Below, in pieces: positions 56,550 to 64,000 of a stretch of DNA of 64,000 bases; within the stretch, counting starts at the first letter, position 1; each line of letters begins with the position of its first letter. The stretch lies in the IMG/VR virus record IMGVR_UViG_3300042878_000198, positions 952 through 64,951 of that record; one strand, 5' to 3'. The DNA comes from a virus (lineage: Duplodnaviria > Caudoviricetes). The position numbers and the translations under genes were made by a program. The notes below the pieces were generated by a model. The model was given only the letters and a program-made list of their open reading frames with translations, did no database searches and was not told the origin of the DNA.

Positions 56550-56657
56550 AGTCAGGTGGCGGAATTGGTAACGCACATATAACTAGAGTCCTGCAGGCTC
56601 GACCATAAAGATAATTATATGGTGGTATAAATACAGGTTCGAATCCTGTCCTGACTA
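56550..56657 (+). ncRNA. tRNA-like RNA with an expanded, non-decoding anticodon arm
   Basis: Acceptor AGTCAGG/CCTGACT+A, D-arm TGGCGGAATTGGTAACGC, T-arm ACAGG-TTCGAAT-CCTGT; anticodon stem CATATAA/TTATATG encloses 32 nt. Confidence 0.75.
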
Positions 56658-56731
56658 CAACTAACATTCACTTAGCCTCAGAGGTAGGTGTTGGTTCAAA
56701 TAGACTGAGGCATACAAAAACAATTTACACA

Positions 56732-57031
56732 ATGGCACAAGACGAAAAAATCTTTGCAGACGGCTTCTCCTTCAAGAGAAGCGAAAAGGCTCCTGAATTT
56801 GTAGTAGGGAGACTATCTTTAAAAGTTGACGATGCGGTATTATTCCTCAAGGAACACCAGAGGAACGGATGGGTCAACCTTAACGTGAAGACCGCTCGTA
56901 GCGGTAACCACTACGTTGAGCTGGACACGTACGAGTCACCAGCAGGAGCTAAGCCAACAGAAGTAAAGGCTAAGCCACAAGCAAAGGTTGTACTACCAGA
57001 GCCTGAGGATGATGGTGAGCTACCATTCTGA
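56732..57031 (+). CDS. Single-stranded DNA-binding protein-like (99 aa)
   Basis: Acidic tail EDDGELPF; APEFVVGRLS and GWVNL motifs; recombination/replication context. Confidence 0.7.
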   Translation: MAQDEKIFADGFSFKRSEKAPEFVVGRLSLKVDDAVLFLKEHQRNGWVNLNVKTARSGNHYVELDTYESPAGAKPTEVKAKPQAKVVLPEPEDDGELPF

Positions 57032-57043
57032 TGTAGCTAAAAC

Positions 57044-57072
57044 AAGGGGGAGACAATCTCTCCCTTTTTTTT
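57044..57072 (+). terminator. Rho-independent terminator
   Basis: AGGGGGAGA-CAA-TCTCTCCCT followed by T-tract. Confidence 0.8.
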
Positions 57073-57083
57073 GGCCTTTGTGC

Positions 57084-57251
57084 CTGACGAAAATGTCAAC
57101 ACGAAACCCCCATATTCTCTATATATATAATTTCTATTCTTTTATTTTTTTTTAATTAAAATTTAAGAAGAAAATTGACATTATTGACAGTAGTTTGATT
57201 ACCAGTAACTTACACGACATAAAATCGACACCCATTCAACATTTATGACAC
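57084..57251. repeat. Iteron array B around an AT-rich core, directly upstream of the primase-helicase
   Basis: ATGTCA 57093; TTCTCTATATATATA 57115-57129; TTGACA 57175 and 57184; ACGACAT 57214; TCGACA 57225. Confidence 0.7.
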
Positions 57252-59653
57252 AAGAAATAACCATATTTAAAAGTATCAAGGATACTGACACTCCGTTCCA
57301 CAGGGACGTGAGGATAATCCTTAATAGAATCAAGGATGGCACTGAGGCCACTAGGGACTTGGTTAAGCGCATTCGCTCAGAGAAGCGCAAGCCCGAGAGA
57401 CAGGAACTGAAGAAGCTACTGCCAGCAATATGCTTCAGTGGTACATTCAACAAGAGAACAGACGCATCCCTGATGCAGCACTCAGGTTTGATTTGCTTAG
57501 ACTTCGATGGATATACTAAATCCAAGGACTTGCTACAGGACAAGGAGACCTTATCCAAGAACAAGTACGTGTTTTCGGTGTTTGTCTCACCCTCTGGCAA
57601 TGGCCTAAAGGTATTGGTAAAGATTCCACAAGACGCTGATAACCACACCAATTACTTCAATAGCTTAGAGAAATACTTTAACAGCACATACTTTGATAAG
57701 ACCAGCAAGAACATCTCTCGTGTATGCTATGAGTCTTACGACCCACTCCTGCACATCAACGAGAACAGCAGCATCTGGGACTTGATTGAGGAGCCTGAGT
57801 ATACCGAGGTAAGCAAGACAAGAGACCATCCTACGATTCCAATCACGGATGAGAATAAGATTGTGGACATACTCATTAAGTGGTGGACAAAGAAGTATCC
57901 AATGAGTGAAGGACAGCGCAATCAGAACTGCTACGTTCTATCCATGGCATTCAATGACTTCGGCATCAACAAGGGTCTTGCATCCTATGTACTAAATCAA
58001 TACGCCTCTCAGGACTTCTCAACCAGTGAGATTAATCAAACTATTGACTCAGCATACAAGAACACCGCAAACTTCGGGACCAAGTACTACGAGGACGAGG
58101 AGCGGATAAATAACATCAGGGCCAAGCTCAGACGTGGTGTGTCAAAAAAAGAGATTCGCATCCAACTGCAGGACTCCCACTTGGAGAGCGATATCATCGA
58201 ATCAGTACTCAATAAGGTAGAAGAAGAGAACGCTAAGCAAACTTTCTGGGACAGAAACGATAAGGGAGTAGTAAAGATAATTCATATTCAGTTCAAGCAG
58301 TTCCTTGAGGACAATGGCTTCTATAAGTTCTGCCCTGAGGGAGGAAAGAACTACGTGTTTGTCAAGGTCACCAACAACTTGATTGACCATACATCTGACA
58401 AAGAGATTAAGGACTTCGTGCTGAACCACCTGCTGGAGCTGGATGACATTGGCGTATACAATTACTTTGCGGACCAAACTAGATTCTTCAAGGAGGAGTT
58501 CCTCTCTTTGCTGTCCACGATTGAGATTCACTTTATTGCAGATACCAAGGACGCATCATACCTGTACTACAAGAACTGCGCTGTAAGGATTACAAAGGAT
58601 GGAGTTACACTATTGGACTACATTGACCTTGGTGGGTACGTCTGGAAGGACCACGTGATTGACAGGACCTTTGTCAAGTGTAGCGTGTCTGAGTCGTTTG
58701 ATTTCAAAAAGTTTGTCAGCAACATCAATGGTGGTGACGAGGGAAGGATTCAATCTATGGAAAGTACGATGGGCTTCATGCTTCACGCATACAAGAACCT
58801 TGGCTTCTGTCCTGCAGTGATACTAAACGATGAGGTAATCAGCGACAACCCTGAGGGAGGCACAGGAAAGGGATTGATTATGAATGCCCTGAGCAAGATG
58901 AAGAAGCTAGTGGTGATTGATGGTAAGTCATTTGCTTTCGAGCGTAGCTTCGCCTATCAGCTCGTGTCAGCAGACACCCAGATACTATGCTTCGATGATG
59001 TGAGAAAGCACTTTGACTTTGAGAGGCTATTCAGTGTCATTACTGAGGGATTAACCTTAGAGAAGAAGAACAAGGATGCCATCAAGATTCCGTTCGCTAA
59101 GTCTCCAAAGGTTGCCCTGACAACTAACTATGCTATCAAGGGGGCAGGTAACTCATTCGCAAGACGTAAGTGGGAGCTGGAGCTACACCAATACTACAGC
59201 AAGGACTTCACGCCACAGGATGAGTTTGGCAGACTTATGTTTGGTGACTGGAACGATGACGACTGGTGTGAGTTTGACAACTACATGATTGGATGCTTGA
59301 AATCCTACCTGAGGACAGGACTAGTGAAAAGCAAATTCGTTAACTTGAAAATACGTCAGCTGTCTGCAGAGTCATGCCATGAGTTTATTGAGTGGTGTGG
59401 ATTGGTTGATAGTGCTGAGCGAAATGTGATGCTACAGGTTGACACTAGGCTGTACAAGAACGAGCTGTACTCAAACTTCGTGGAGGAGTACCCTGACTAT
59501 GGGCCTAGAGGAAGGATGAGCATCAGTAGGACTAAGTTCTACAAGTGGTTAATTGCTTACGCAATTTACAAGGAAGGGACGATGCCTGAGGAGGACAGAG
59601 ACCAACAAGGACGATGGATAATTATTAAAAGCAAAAAAGAAGATGAAGACTAA
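57245..59653 (+). CDS. Primase-helicase (BT4734/VirE-N primase-like N-terminus, PriCT, P-loop helicase, C-terminal wHTH)
   Basis: HSGLICLDFD, FVSPSGNGLK, EGQRN, Walker A EGGTGKG, Walker B LCFDD and TTNY. Confidence 0.85.
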   Translation: MTQEITIFKSIKDTDTPFHRDVRIILNRIKDGTEATRDLVKRIRSEKRKPERQELKKLLPAICFSGTFNKRTDASLMQHSGLICLDFDGYTKSKDLLQDKETLSKNKYVFSVFVSPSGNGLKVLVKIPQDADNHTNYFNSLEKYFNSTYFDKTSKNISRVCYESYDPLLHINENSSIWDLIEEPEYTEVSKTRDHPTIPITDENKIVDILIKWWTKKYPMSEGQRNQNCYVLSMAFNDFGINKGLASYVLNQYASQDFSTSEINQTIDSAYKNTANFGTKYYEDEERINNIRAKLRRGVSKKEIRIQLQDSHLESDIIESVLNKVEEENAKQTFWDRNDKGVVKIIHIQFKQFLEDNGFYKFCPEGGKNYVFVKVTNNLIDHTSDKEIKDFVLNHLLELDDIGVYNYFADQTRFFKEEFLSLLSTIEIHFIADTKDASYLYYKNCAVRITKDGVTLLDYIDLGGYVWKDHVIDRTFVKCSVSESFDFKKFVSNINGGDEGRIQSMESTMGFMLHAYKNLGFCPAVILNDEVISDNPEGGTGKGLIMNALSKMKKLVVIDGKSFAFERSFAYQLVSADTQILCFDDVRKHFDFERLFSVITEGLTLEKKNKDAIKIPFAKSPKVALTTNYAIKGAGNSFARRKWELELHQYYSKDFTPQDEFGRLMFGDWNDDDWCEFDNYMIGCLKSYLRTGLVKSKFVNLKIRQLSAESCHEFIEWCGLVDSAERNVMLQVDTRLYKNELYSNFVEEYPDYGPRGRMSISRTKFYKWLIAYAIYKEGTMPEEDRDQQGRWIIIKSKKEDED

Positions 59654-59810
59654 TGTAATCATTTGGAACTACGTGTTCCATTTCAATGAGTATACCAACA
59701 AGTGGTATGCGGTACACAGGGATAGCTACCTTGAATACTGGAGCGATAAGAAGGGCAGCTTCCTGAGTGATGATAGCCTAGATGAATTGATTAAGAAAAT
59801 AAAAGAATGA
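59643..59810 (+). CDS. Small hypothetical protein (55 aa)
   Basis: Manual translation WNYVFHFNEYTNKWYA; overlaps both neighbours. Confidence 0.6.
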   Translation: MKTNVIIWNYVFHFNEYTNKWYAVHRDSYLEYWSDKKGSFLSDDSLDELIKKIKE

Positions 59811-60208
59811 CAGAAGTTGTTACCAGAATACCTGCATATAGTAACAATTCAATGTTGCACTATTGTGAAACTCTTCTGTCAATACTTTCTAAGAGCCACA
59901 ACACTAAGGTTGGTCGAGGGAAAAAGGTAAAGGTTACTAAGGTATTCAAGCACAAGCAAGACCCAGATGTTATTGATAGATTAATCAATAGCATAGAACA
60001 CTATAAAAAATTAAATCAAATGAAAAATAGAAAAGTAGGAAGTTTCGAGATTATAAAATACAAAATTGTTATCCAATCAGGTAACCCCAAAATAGAAATC
60101 GAAATGATTAAGGTGCTGGATGAGGATGGTGAGTACATTAAGTTTGCTAGACTTAAAGATGTGATTGGATACTTATCCAAGTATCCCGTTACATTCAGGC
60201 CGATATGA
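59807..60208 (+). CDS. Hypothetical protein (133 aa)
   Basis: ORF track; coupled. Confidence 0.6.
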   Translation: MTEVVTRIPAYSNNSMLHYCETLLSILSKSHNTKVGRGKKVKVTKVFKHKQDPDVIDRLINSIEHYKKLNQMKNRKVGSFEIIKYKIVIQSGNPKIEIEMIKVLDEDGEYIKFARLKDVIGYLSKYPVTFRPI

Positions 60209-61440
60209 TAACCTTCAGAGATTATCAGGCAGACATAATCGAGAGAGGCTCTAAGATACTTATCGAGCACGATTTACTGTACCTAGCCATGGAGGTGAGG
60301 ACAGGCAAGACCCTGACGAGTCTAGGTATTGCCGAAAGTATAAATGCAGAGAATGTTTTATTTGTTACCAAAAAGAAAGCAATCAGTACTATTGAGGCTG
60401 ACTATAAATTGCTTAGTCCATCCTACAAATTGACCGTTATTAACTACGAGAGCCTTCACTTGGTAATGGATAACAAGAATTGGGACCTATTGATTTGCGA
60501 TGAGGCGCACAGCATGGGAGCTTTTCCTAAACCCAGCGGTAGAGCATCTTTAGTTGCTGAGGTGATAAGAAAGTATGTACCAATGGTGATACTGCTATCG
60601 GGAACACCAACCCCTGAGAGCTACTCTCAGATGTACCATCAGGTCTATGGGATACATAGTAATCCTTTCAAAGAGTTCGCAAATTTCTACAGATTTTGCG
60701 ACAAATATGTTAACGTAAAGCAGAAGATGATTAACGGCAGGCCAATGAATGACTACAGCCATGGGATAGATGCCATCATCGAGGATATGAAACCATACAC
60801 AATTAAATACACGCAAGCAGAAGCAGGGTTTAAGTCTAAAGTAAAAGAGGAAATCCTTTATGTTACCATGAAGGACTCAACCTACAGCATGATTAAGAGA
60901 CTCAAGCGAGACTTGGTTGTAGAGGGCAAGGAAGAGGTCATACTTGCGGATACTCCTGTGAAGTTAATGATGAAGGTGCACCAGATGTGCAGTGGAACAG
61001 TTAAGTTTGAGAGTGGCAACAGTATGGTGATTGATACCACCAAGGCGGAGTTCATTAAACAAAAATTTAAAGGAAGTAAGATAGGCATTTTCTATAAATT
61101 TAAGGAAGAGTACAATGCCCTGAAGCAAGTGTTTGGTGATGAGCTGACTAACGAGCTTAGTGTCTTCGAGGACACTAAAAAAAACATAGCTCTCCAGATA
61201 GTATCTGGGAGAGAGGGCATATCTTTACGTGACGCTAACTTCTTGGTGTACTACAACATTGACTTCAGTGCTACAAGCTATTGGCAGAGCAAGGACAGGA
61301 TGACAACCAAGGAAAGGCTAGAGAATCAGGTCTACTGGGTGTTCTCAGAGGGAGGTATTGAACGAGACATATACAAAGCAGTATCAAATAAGAAAGATTA
61401 CACACTTAATCACTTTAAAAAAGACTTCTATGACACCTAA
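60205..61440 (+). CDS. SF2 (SNF2-like) helicase
   Basis: FRDYQ, MEVRTGKT, DEAH, LSGTP, GREGISL and QSKDR motifs. Confidence 0.9.
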   Translation: MITFRDYQADIIERGSKILIEHDLLYLAMEVRTGKTLTSLGIAESINAENVLFVTKKKAISTIEADYKLLSPSYKLTVINYESLHLVMDNKNWDLLICDEAHSMGAFPKPSGRASLVAEVIRKYVPMVILLSGTPTPESYSQMYHQVYGIHSNPFKEFANFYRFCDKYVNVKQKMINGRPMNDYSHGIDAIIEDMKPYTIKYTQAEAGFKSKVKEEILYVTMKDSTYSMIKRLKRDLVVEGKEEVILADTPVKLMMKVHQMCSGTVKFESGNSMVIDTTKAEFIKQKFKGSKIGIFYKFKEEYNALKQVFGDELTNELSVFEDTKKNIALQIVSGREGISLRDANFLVYYNIDFSATSYWQSKDRMTTKERLENQVYWVFSEGGIERDIYKAVSNKKDYTLNHFKKDFYDT

Positions 61441-61675
61441 AGAAAAAGCAGAAGAGTTATTTGAGAAATTTAATAATCCTGACACCACACATCACCCATA
61501 TGTTCATAATGCTCAGCAATGTGCATTGATAGCAGTAGATGAGATAATAAATAGTAGAAATGATGATAGAGGATTTGACGATACTTTATCATCTGTAAGT
61601 AATGAATACTATACTTTACATCCAATGTATTTTACTTATTGGAAAGAAGTTAAACAAGAACTAGAGAAACTATGA
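61430..61675 (+). CDS. Hypothetical protein (MTPKEKAEEL...CALIAVDEI...YWKEVKQE)
   Basis: Common Bacteroidota-phage modular family; start ATG 61430. Confidence 0.7.
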   Translation: MTPKEKAEELFEKFNNPDTTHHPYVHNAQQCALIAVDEIINSRNDDRGFDDTLSSVSNEYYTLHPMYFTYWKEVKQELEKL

Positions 61676-61875
61676 AACAGACAGCAGTAGAATGGTTATA
61701 TGACCAGCTAACGTCAACTTGGTTTGACAAAGCAAGTGGTACAGATATTTTAAAGAAGGCCAAAGAGATGGAGAAGGAGCAAAGAATAATGGATTATAAT
61801 GTGGGCCATTCTGATGGTCTATGCAATCACATTAATGATGCAGATAATTACATAAATGAACAAAACTATGCCTGA
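61672..61875 (+). CDS. Hypothetical protein (MKQTAVEWL...AKEMEKEQ)
   Basis: Common Bacteroidota-phage modular family. Confidence 0.7.
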   Translation: MKQTAVEWLYDQLTSTWFDKASGTDILKKAKEMEKEQRIMDYNVGHSDGLCNHINDADNYINEQNYA

Positions 61876-62080
61876 TGTAACAATGTGCCCGGGGACAGAT
61901 TGTCCCCAGAAAGAAAAGTGCTATAGGTTTACAGCTAAGCCTAGCGAATATATGCAATCCTATTTCATGAAAGCCCCAATCAAGGATGGCAAGTGTGAAT
62001 ACTACTGGGGTGAGAATGCAGAAAGTATTTGGAATCAACTAAAAGACATAATGAAAGATGAAAGCGAAACTAATCTTTGA
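61868..62080 (+). CDS. Small Cys-rich protein (MPDVTMC...CP..E.CYRF)
   Basis: Four Cys, probably metal-binding. Confidence 0.7.
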   Translation: MPDVTMCPGTDCPQKEKCYRFTAKPSEYMQSYFMKAPIKDGKCEYYWGENAESIWNQLKDIMKDESETNL

Positions 62081-62279
62081 TTTACCCGAAGAAAGCCACG
62101 AGTGGGAAAACGCTCTACAAGGGTCTAAGATGCGCTCAACCCTATGGGAGTACGACCAATGGCTACGCAGCAAGATAAAGTATGAGGACCTGAACGATGA
62201 GCAGTATCAGGTATACCAAGGATGTAGAGACCAGCTGAGGACATTACTGATTGAGAACAGCTTAGATATAGACAGCTGA
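62058..62279 (+). CDS. Hypothetical protein (MKAKLIFDLPEE)
   Basis: ORF track. Confidence 0.7.
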   Translation: MKAKLIFDLPEESHEWENALQGSKMRSTLWEYDQWLRSKIKYEDLNDEQYQVYQGCRDQLRTLLIENSLDIDS

Positions 62280-62280
62280 T

Positions 62281-62499
62281 ATGGAAATTTATTTAAGAGA
62301 GTCGGCTAAAAAAATATTCTACAGTAGAGACATACCTATTAAATCAATGGGAATCTTTGAGTCTAACAAAGATGAGTGGGTATACTGGTACAAGGATGAA
62401 AAGATTTATGACACTGGTTTTGCCGACACAGAGGCAGAGGCAATTCAGAAAGCAAAGAGATACATTAAAATAATCAATTTAAATCTATTTCTTGAATGA
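62281..62499 (+). CDS. Hypothetical protein (72 aa)
   Basis: ORF track. Confidence 0.6.
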   Translation: MEIYLRESAKKIFYSRDIPIKSMGIFESNKDEWVYWYKDEKIYDTGFADTEAEAIQKAKRYIKIINLNLFLE

Positions 62500-62858
62500 A
62501 GTACTCAAGGAGCTTCAAGCATGACGTAAAGGTTGGACAATTGGGGGAAGATTGGGCAAAACAATTTTTCTCAGGAGAGTTTAAGCTTGAAGTTAAGTTT
62601 GACTCCATGGCCCACGCCTCAGGAAAGGTATTTATAGAGTACTATTCTAGGGGCAAGCCATCTGGGATAGCAGTAACAGATGCCGAGTATTACTTGTACA
62701 TAATAGCTGAGTTTAACTACGCTATTATATTGAACGTAGAGAATCTGAAGGAAAGGCTCAGGTATTACCACAAGCACAAGATGTACATAAGAAATGGAGG
62801 GGACGATGATACCTCAGTTGGCTTCTTAGTCCCTATACAAGAACTATTAACGGTATAA
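62496..62858 (+). CDS. PD-(D/E)XK-like nuclease-fold protein
   Basis: GQLGE, LEVKFD, GKVFIEY..RGKPSGI..T.A motifs. Confidence 0.65.
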   Translation: MKYSRSFKHDVKVGQLGEDWAKQFFSGEFKLEVKFDSMAHASGKVFIEYYSRGKPSGIAVTDAEYYLYIIAEFNYAIILNVENLKERLRYYHKHKMYIRNGGDDDTSVGFLVPIQELLTV

Positions 62859-62876
62859 AAAGGGTATGAAAAATCA

Positions 62877-63137
62877 ATGACCGAACAGCAGATACAATCA
62901 AAGCTAATTAAGGAGCTAGAGGGTAAGGGATACTATGTTATCAAGTTGATTAGCACCAACAAGAACGGTATCCCTGACCTGATAGCTATACCAAAGGACT
63001 CAGGCGTTGAGTTCTACGAAGTGAAGAGACCCAAGGGTAAGGTGTCAAAGCTACAGGAGTACAGATTAAAAGAGCTGCGTGCTCACGGAATTAAAGTTGA
63101 AATATATAAAGGAATCGAATCAAATGATATTGCATAA
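62877..63137 (+). CDS. VRR-NUC domain nuclease (Holliday-junction resolvase-like)
   Basis: EQQIQ, GIPDL, FYEVK...GKVSKLQ. Confidence 0.85.
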   Translation: MTEQQIQSKLIKELEGKGYYVIKLISTNKNGIPDLIAIPKDSGVEFYEVKRPKGKVSKLQEYRLKELRAHGIKVEIYKGIESNDIA

Positions 63138-63690
63138 GCACACCAAGATGGATACTCTGTCCCAGATAGTGAACAGAGAATTTGAAGCAAACATATTTAA
63201 TCATTCAAAAAAACAAAACAACGTAAACGCAAGGAAAGTGTTTTGTAAAATACTAAGTGACATCGGGTTCTCAAGCTGGGACATCTGTGACTTTCTAAAG
63301 AGAGACTACGGGGTTTATATGTACTACATGGGAGACATAGAAAACCTTTTAAAGTACAACGCTGATGTGAAGGAGAAGTACTTAGAGTCTAAAGATTTAT
63401 TCTTCATAACAATAAAGGAAGTTGTACAGGACCAACATGAGTATGTCCCCGACAGAAGCATAAAGATGGGCTACTCTGTTTGGGACAGAAATGGGTTAGA
63501 GAAAGTTGAAGACAAGTATGACAGGATAAGAAAGATTATCGAGCTTGTTGACATCAATACTCCATTGGGAAAAGAAGACTTAGTATTTGAGGGACTAGTC
63601 CAAGTGTTTGAAACTACCGTCAGACCATGGAAAGAAAACGAGAGAGAGAAAATGCTAGGGCAAATAGAATTGCCTCACGGGTTGGATTAA
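63124..63690 (+). CDS. Second DnaA-C-like HTH protein (188 aa)
   Basis: SKKQNNVNARKVFCKIL...ICDFLKRDY, a degenerate motif. Confidence 0.5.
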   Translation: MILHKHTKMDTLSQIVNREFEANIFNHSKKQNNVNARKVFCKILSDIGFSSWDICDFLKRDYGVYMYYMGDIENLLKYNADVKEKYLESKDLFFITIKEVVQDQHEYVPDRSIKMGYSVWDRNGLEKVEDKYDRIRKIIELVDINTPLGKEDLVFEGLVQVFETTVRPWKENEREKMLGQIELPHGLD

Positions 63691-63821
63691 ACCACGCCCT
63701 GTTGGCAAGTATTTATGAGAACGTAGTAGATAGGGACTTCAAGAAGGCTGAGATAGAGCTGAAGGAACTTATCTACGATTTAAGATTAATGTTAAAATCA
63801 ATTGAGGAAGATGATTTTTGA
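63627..63821 (+). CDS. Hypothetical protein (64 aa)
   Basis: ORF track. Confidence 0.55.
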   Translation: MERKRERENARANRIASRVGLNHALLASIYENVVDRDFKKAEIELKELIYDLRLMLKSIEEDDF

Positions 63822-64000
63822 AACGGACACAGACATTTTAAGGGAGAAGAAAGCAATTGATTTGTTCGTAAGTATTTTTGGAGGCTCCTATAAGAAGCTT
63901 GACCAGTTCGACATAGACTACAAGTTGTCCGATGATAGAGGACAACTGATTGCATACGTTGAGGTAGTTGGAAGGATAAGGACCATGAAGACATCATACC
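63811..64000 (+). CDS. Partial ORF, PD-(D/E)XK-like (MIFETDTD...DIDY...AYVEV)
   Basis: Open to the window end. Confidence 0.55.
   Translation, partial: MIFETDTDILREKKAIDLFVSIFGGSYKKLDQFDIDYKLSDDRGQLIAYVEVVGRIRTMKTSY

Noticed and set aside
56550-56657. Functional decoding or suppressor tRNA, or attP core
   Set aside because: No 7-nt anticodon loop, no integrase in the window, and long ORFs read normally in the standard code, so there is no sign of stop-codon recoding.
56479-56711. HDV-like theta ribozyme next to the tRNA-like RNA
   Set aside because: Only about 7 nt are available where P3 plus L3 would be needed, and the motif lies 5' rather than 3' of the tRNA-like element.
57084-57100. 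Third hammerhead at CTGACGA
   Set aside because: No stem II or properly placed GAAA and stems; the sequence is part of the iteron array.

Overview
This is a 64-kb segment of a tailed dsDNA phage genome. The host is most likely a Bacteroidota bacterium, because TAnnTTTG -7 promoter boxes are common and the translation starts are A-rich with no Shine-Dalgarno site. The genome has two divergent arms that switch at about 48.3-49.0 kb. The minus-strand late arm carries GroEL/GroES, small Lys-rich proteins, a lysis cassette, two S74-chaperone tail fibres, a GroES-like protein, a 2OG-Fe(II) oxygenase, terminase, portal, scaffold, major capsid, podovirus ring/stabilisation proteins and ejection proteins. 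It ends in a >2,900-aa polyvalent protein that runs off the window start and is missing from the ORF track. The plus-strand early/replication arm carries small early genes, a DnaA-C-like HTH protein, a Sak-like annealase, a PD-(D/E)XK exonuclease, an SSB-like protein, a primase-helicase, an SF2 helicase and a VRR-NUC nuclease. The main signals that the gene calls do not explain are: (1) a set of RNA elements in the early arm, each just before a gene start (two canonical hammerhead ribozymes, two tRNA top-half mimics, one tRNA-like RNA with no usable anticodon, and a pseudoknot); (2) two iteron/AT-core origin-like elements 9.4 kb apart with matching spacing; (3) a small basic MPFKSK gene overprinted inside the giant protein; (4) a 29-bp direct repeat bracketing the second tail-fibre gene and leaving an 8-codon stub. 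Family assignments come from motif recognition by eye, not from database searches.
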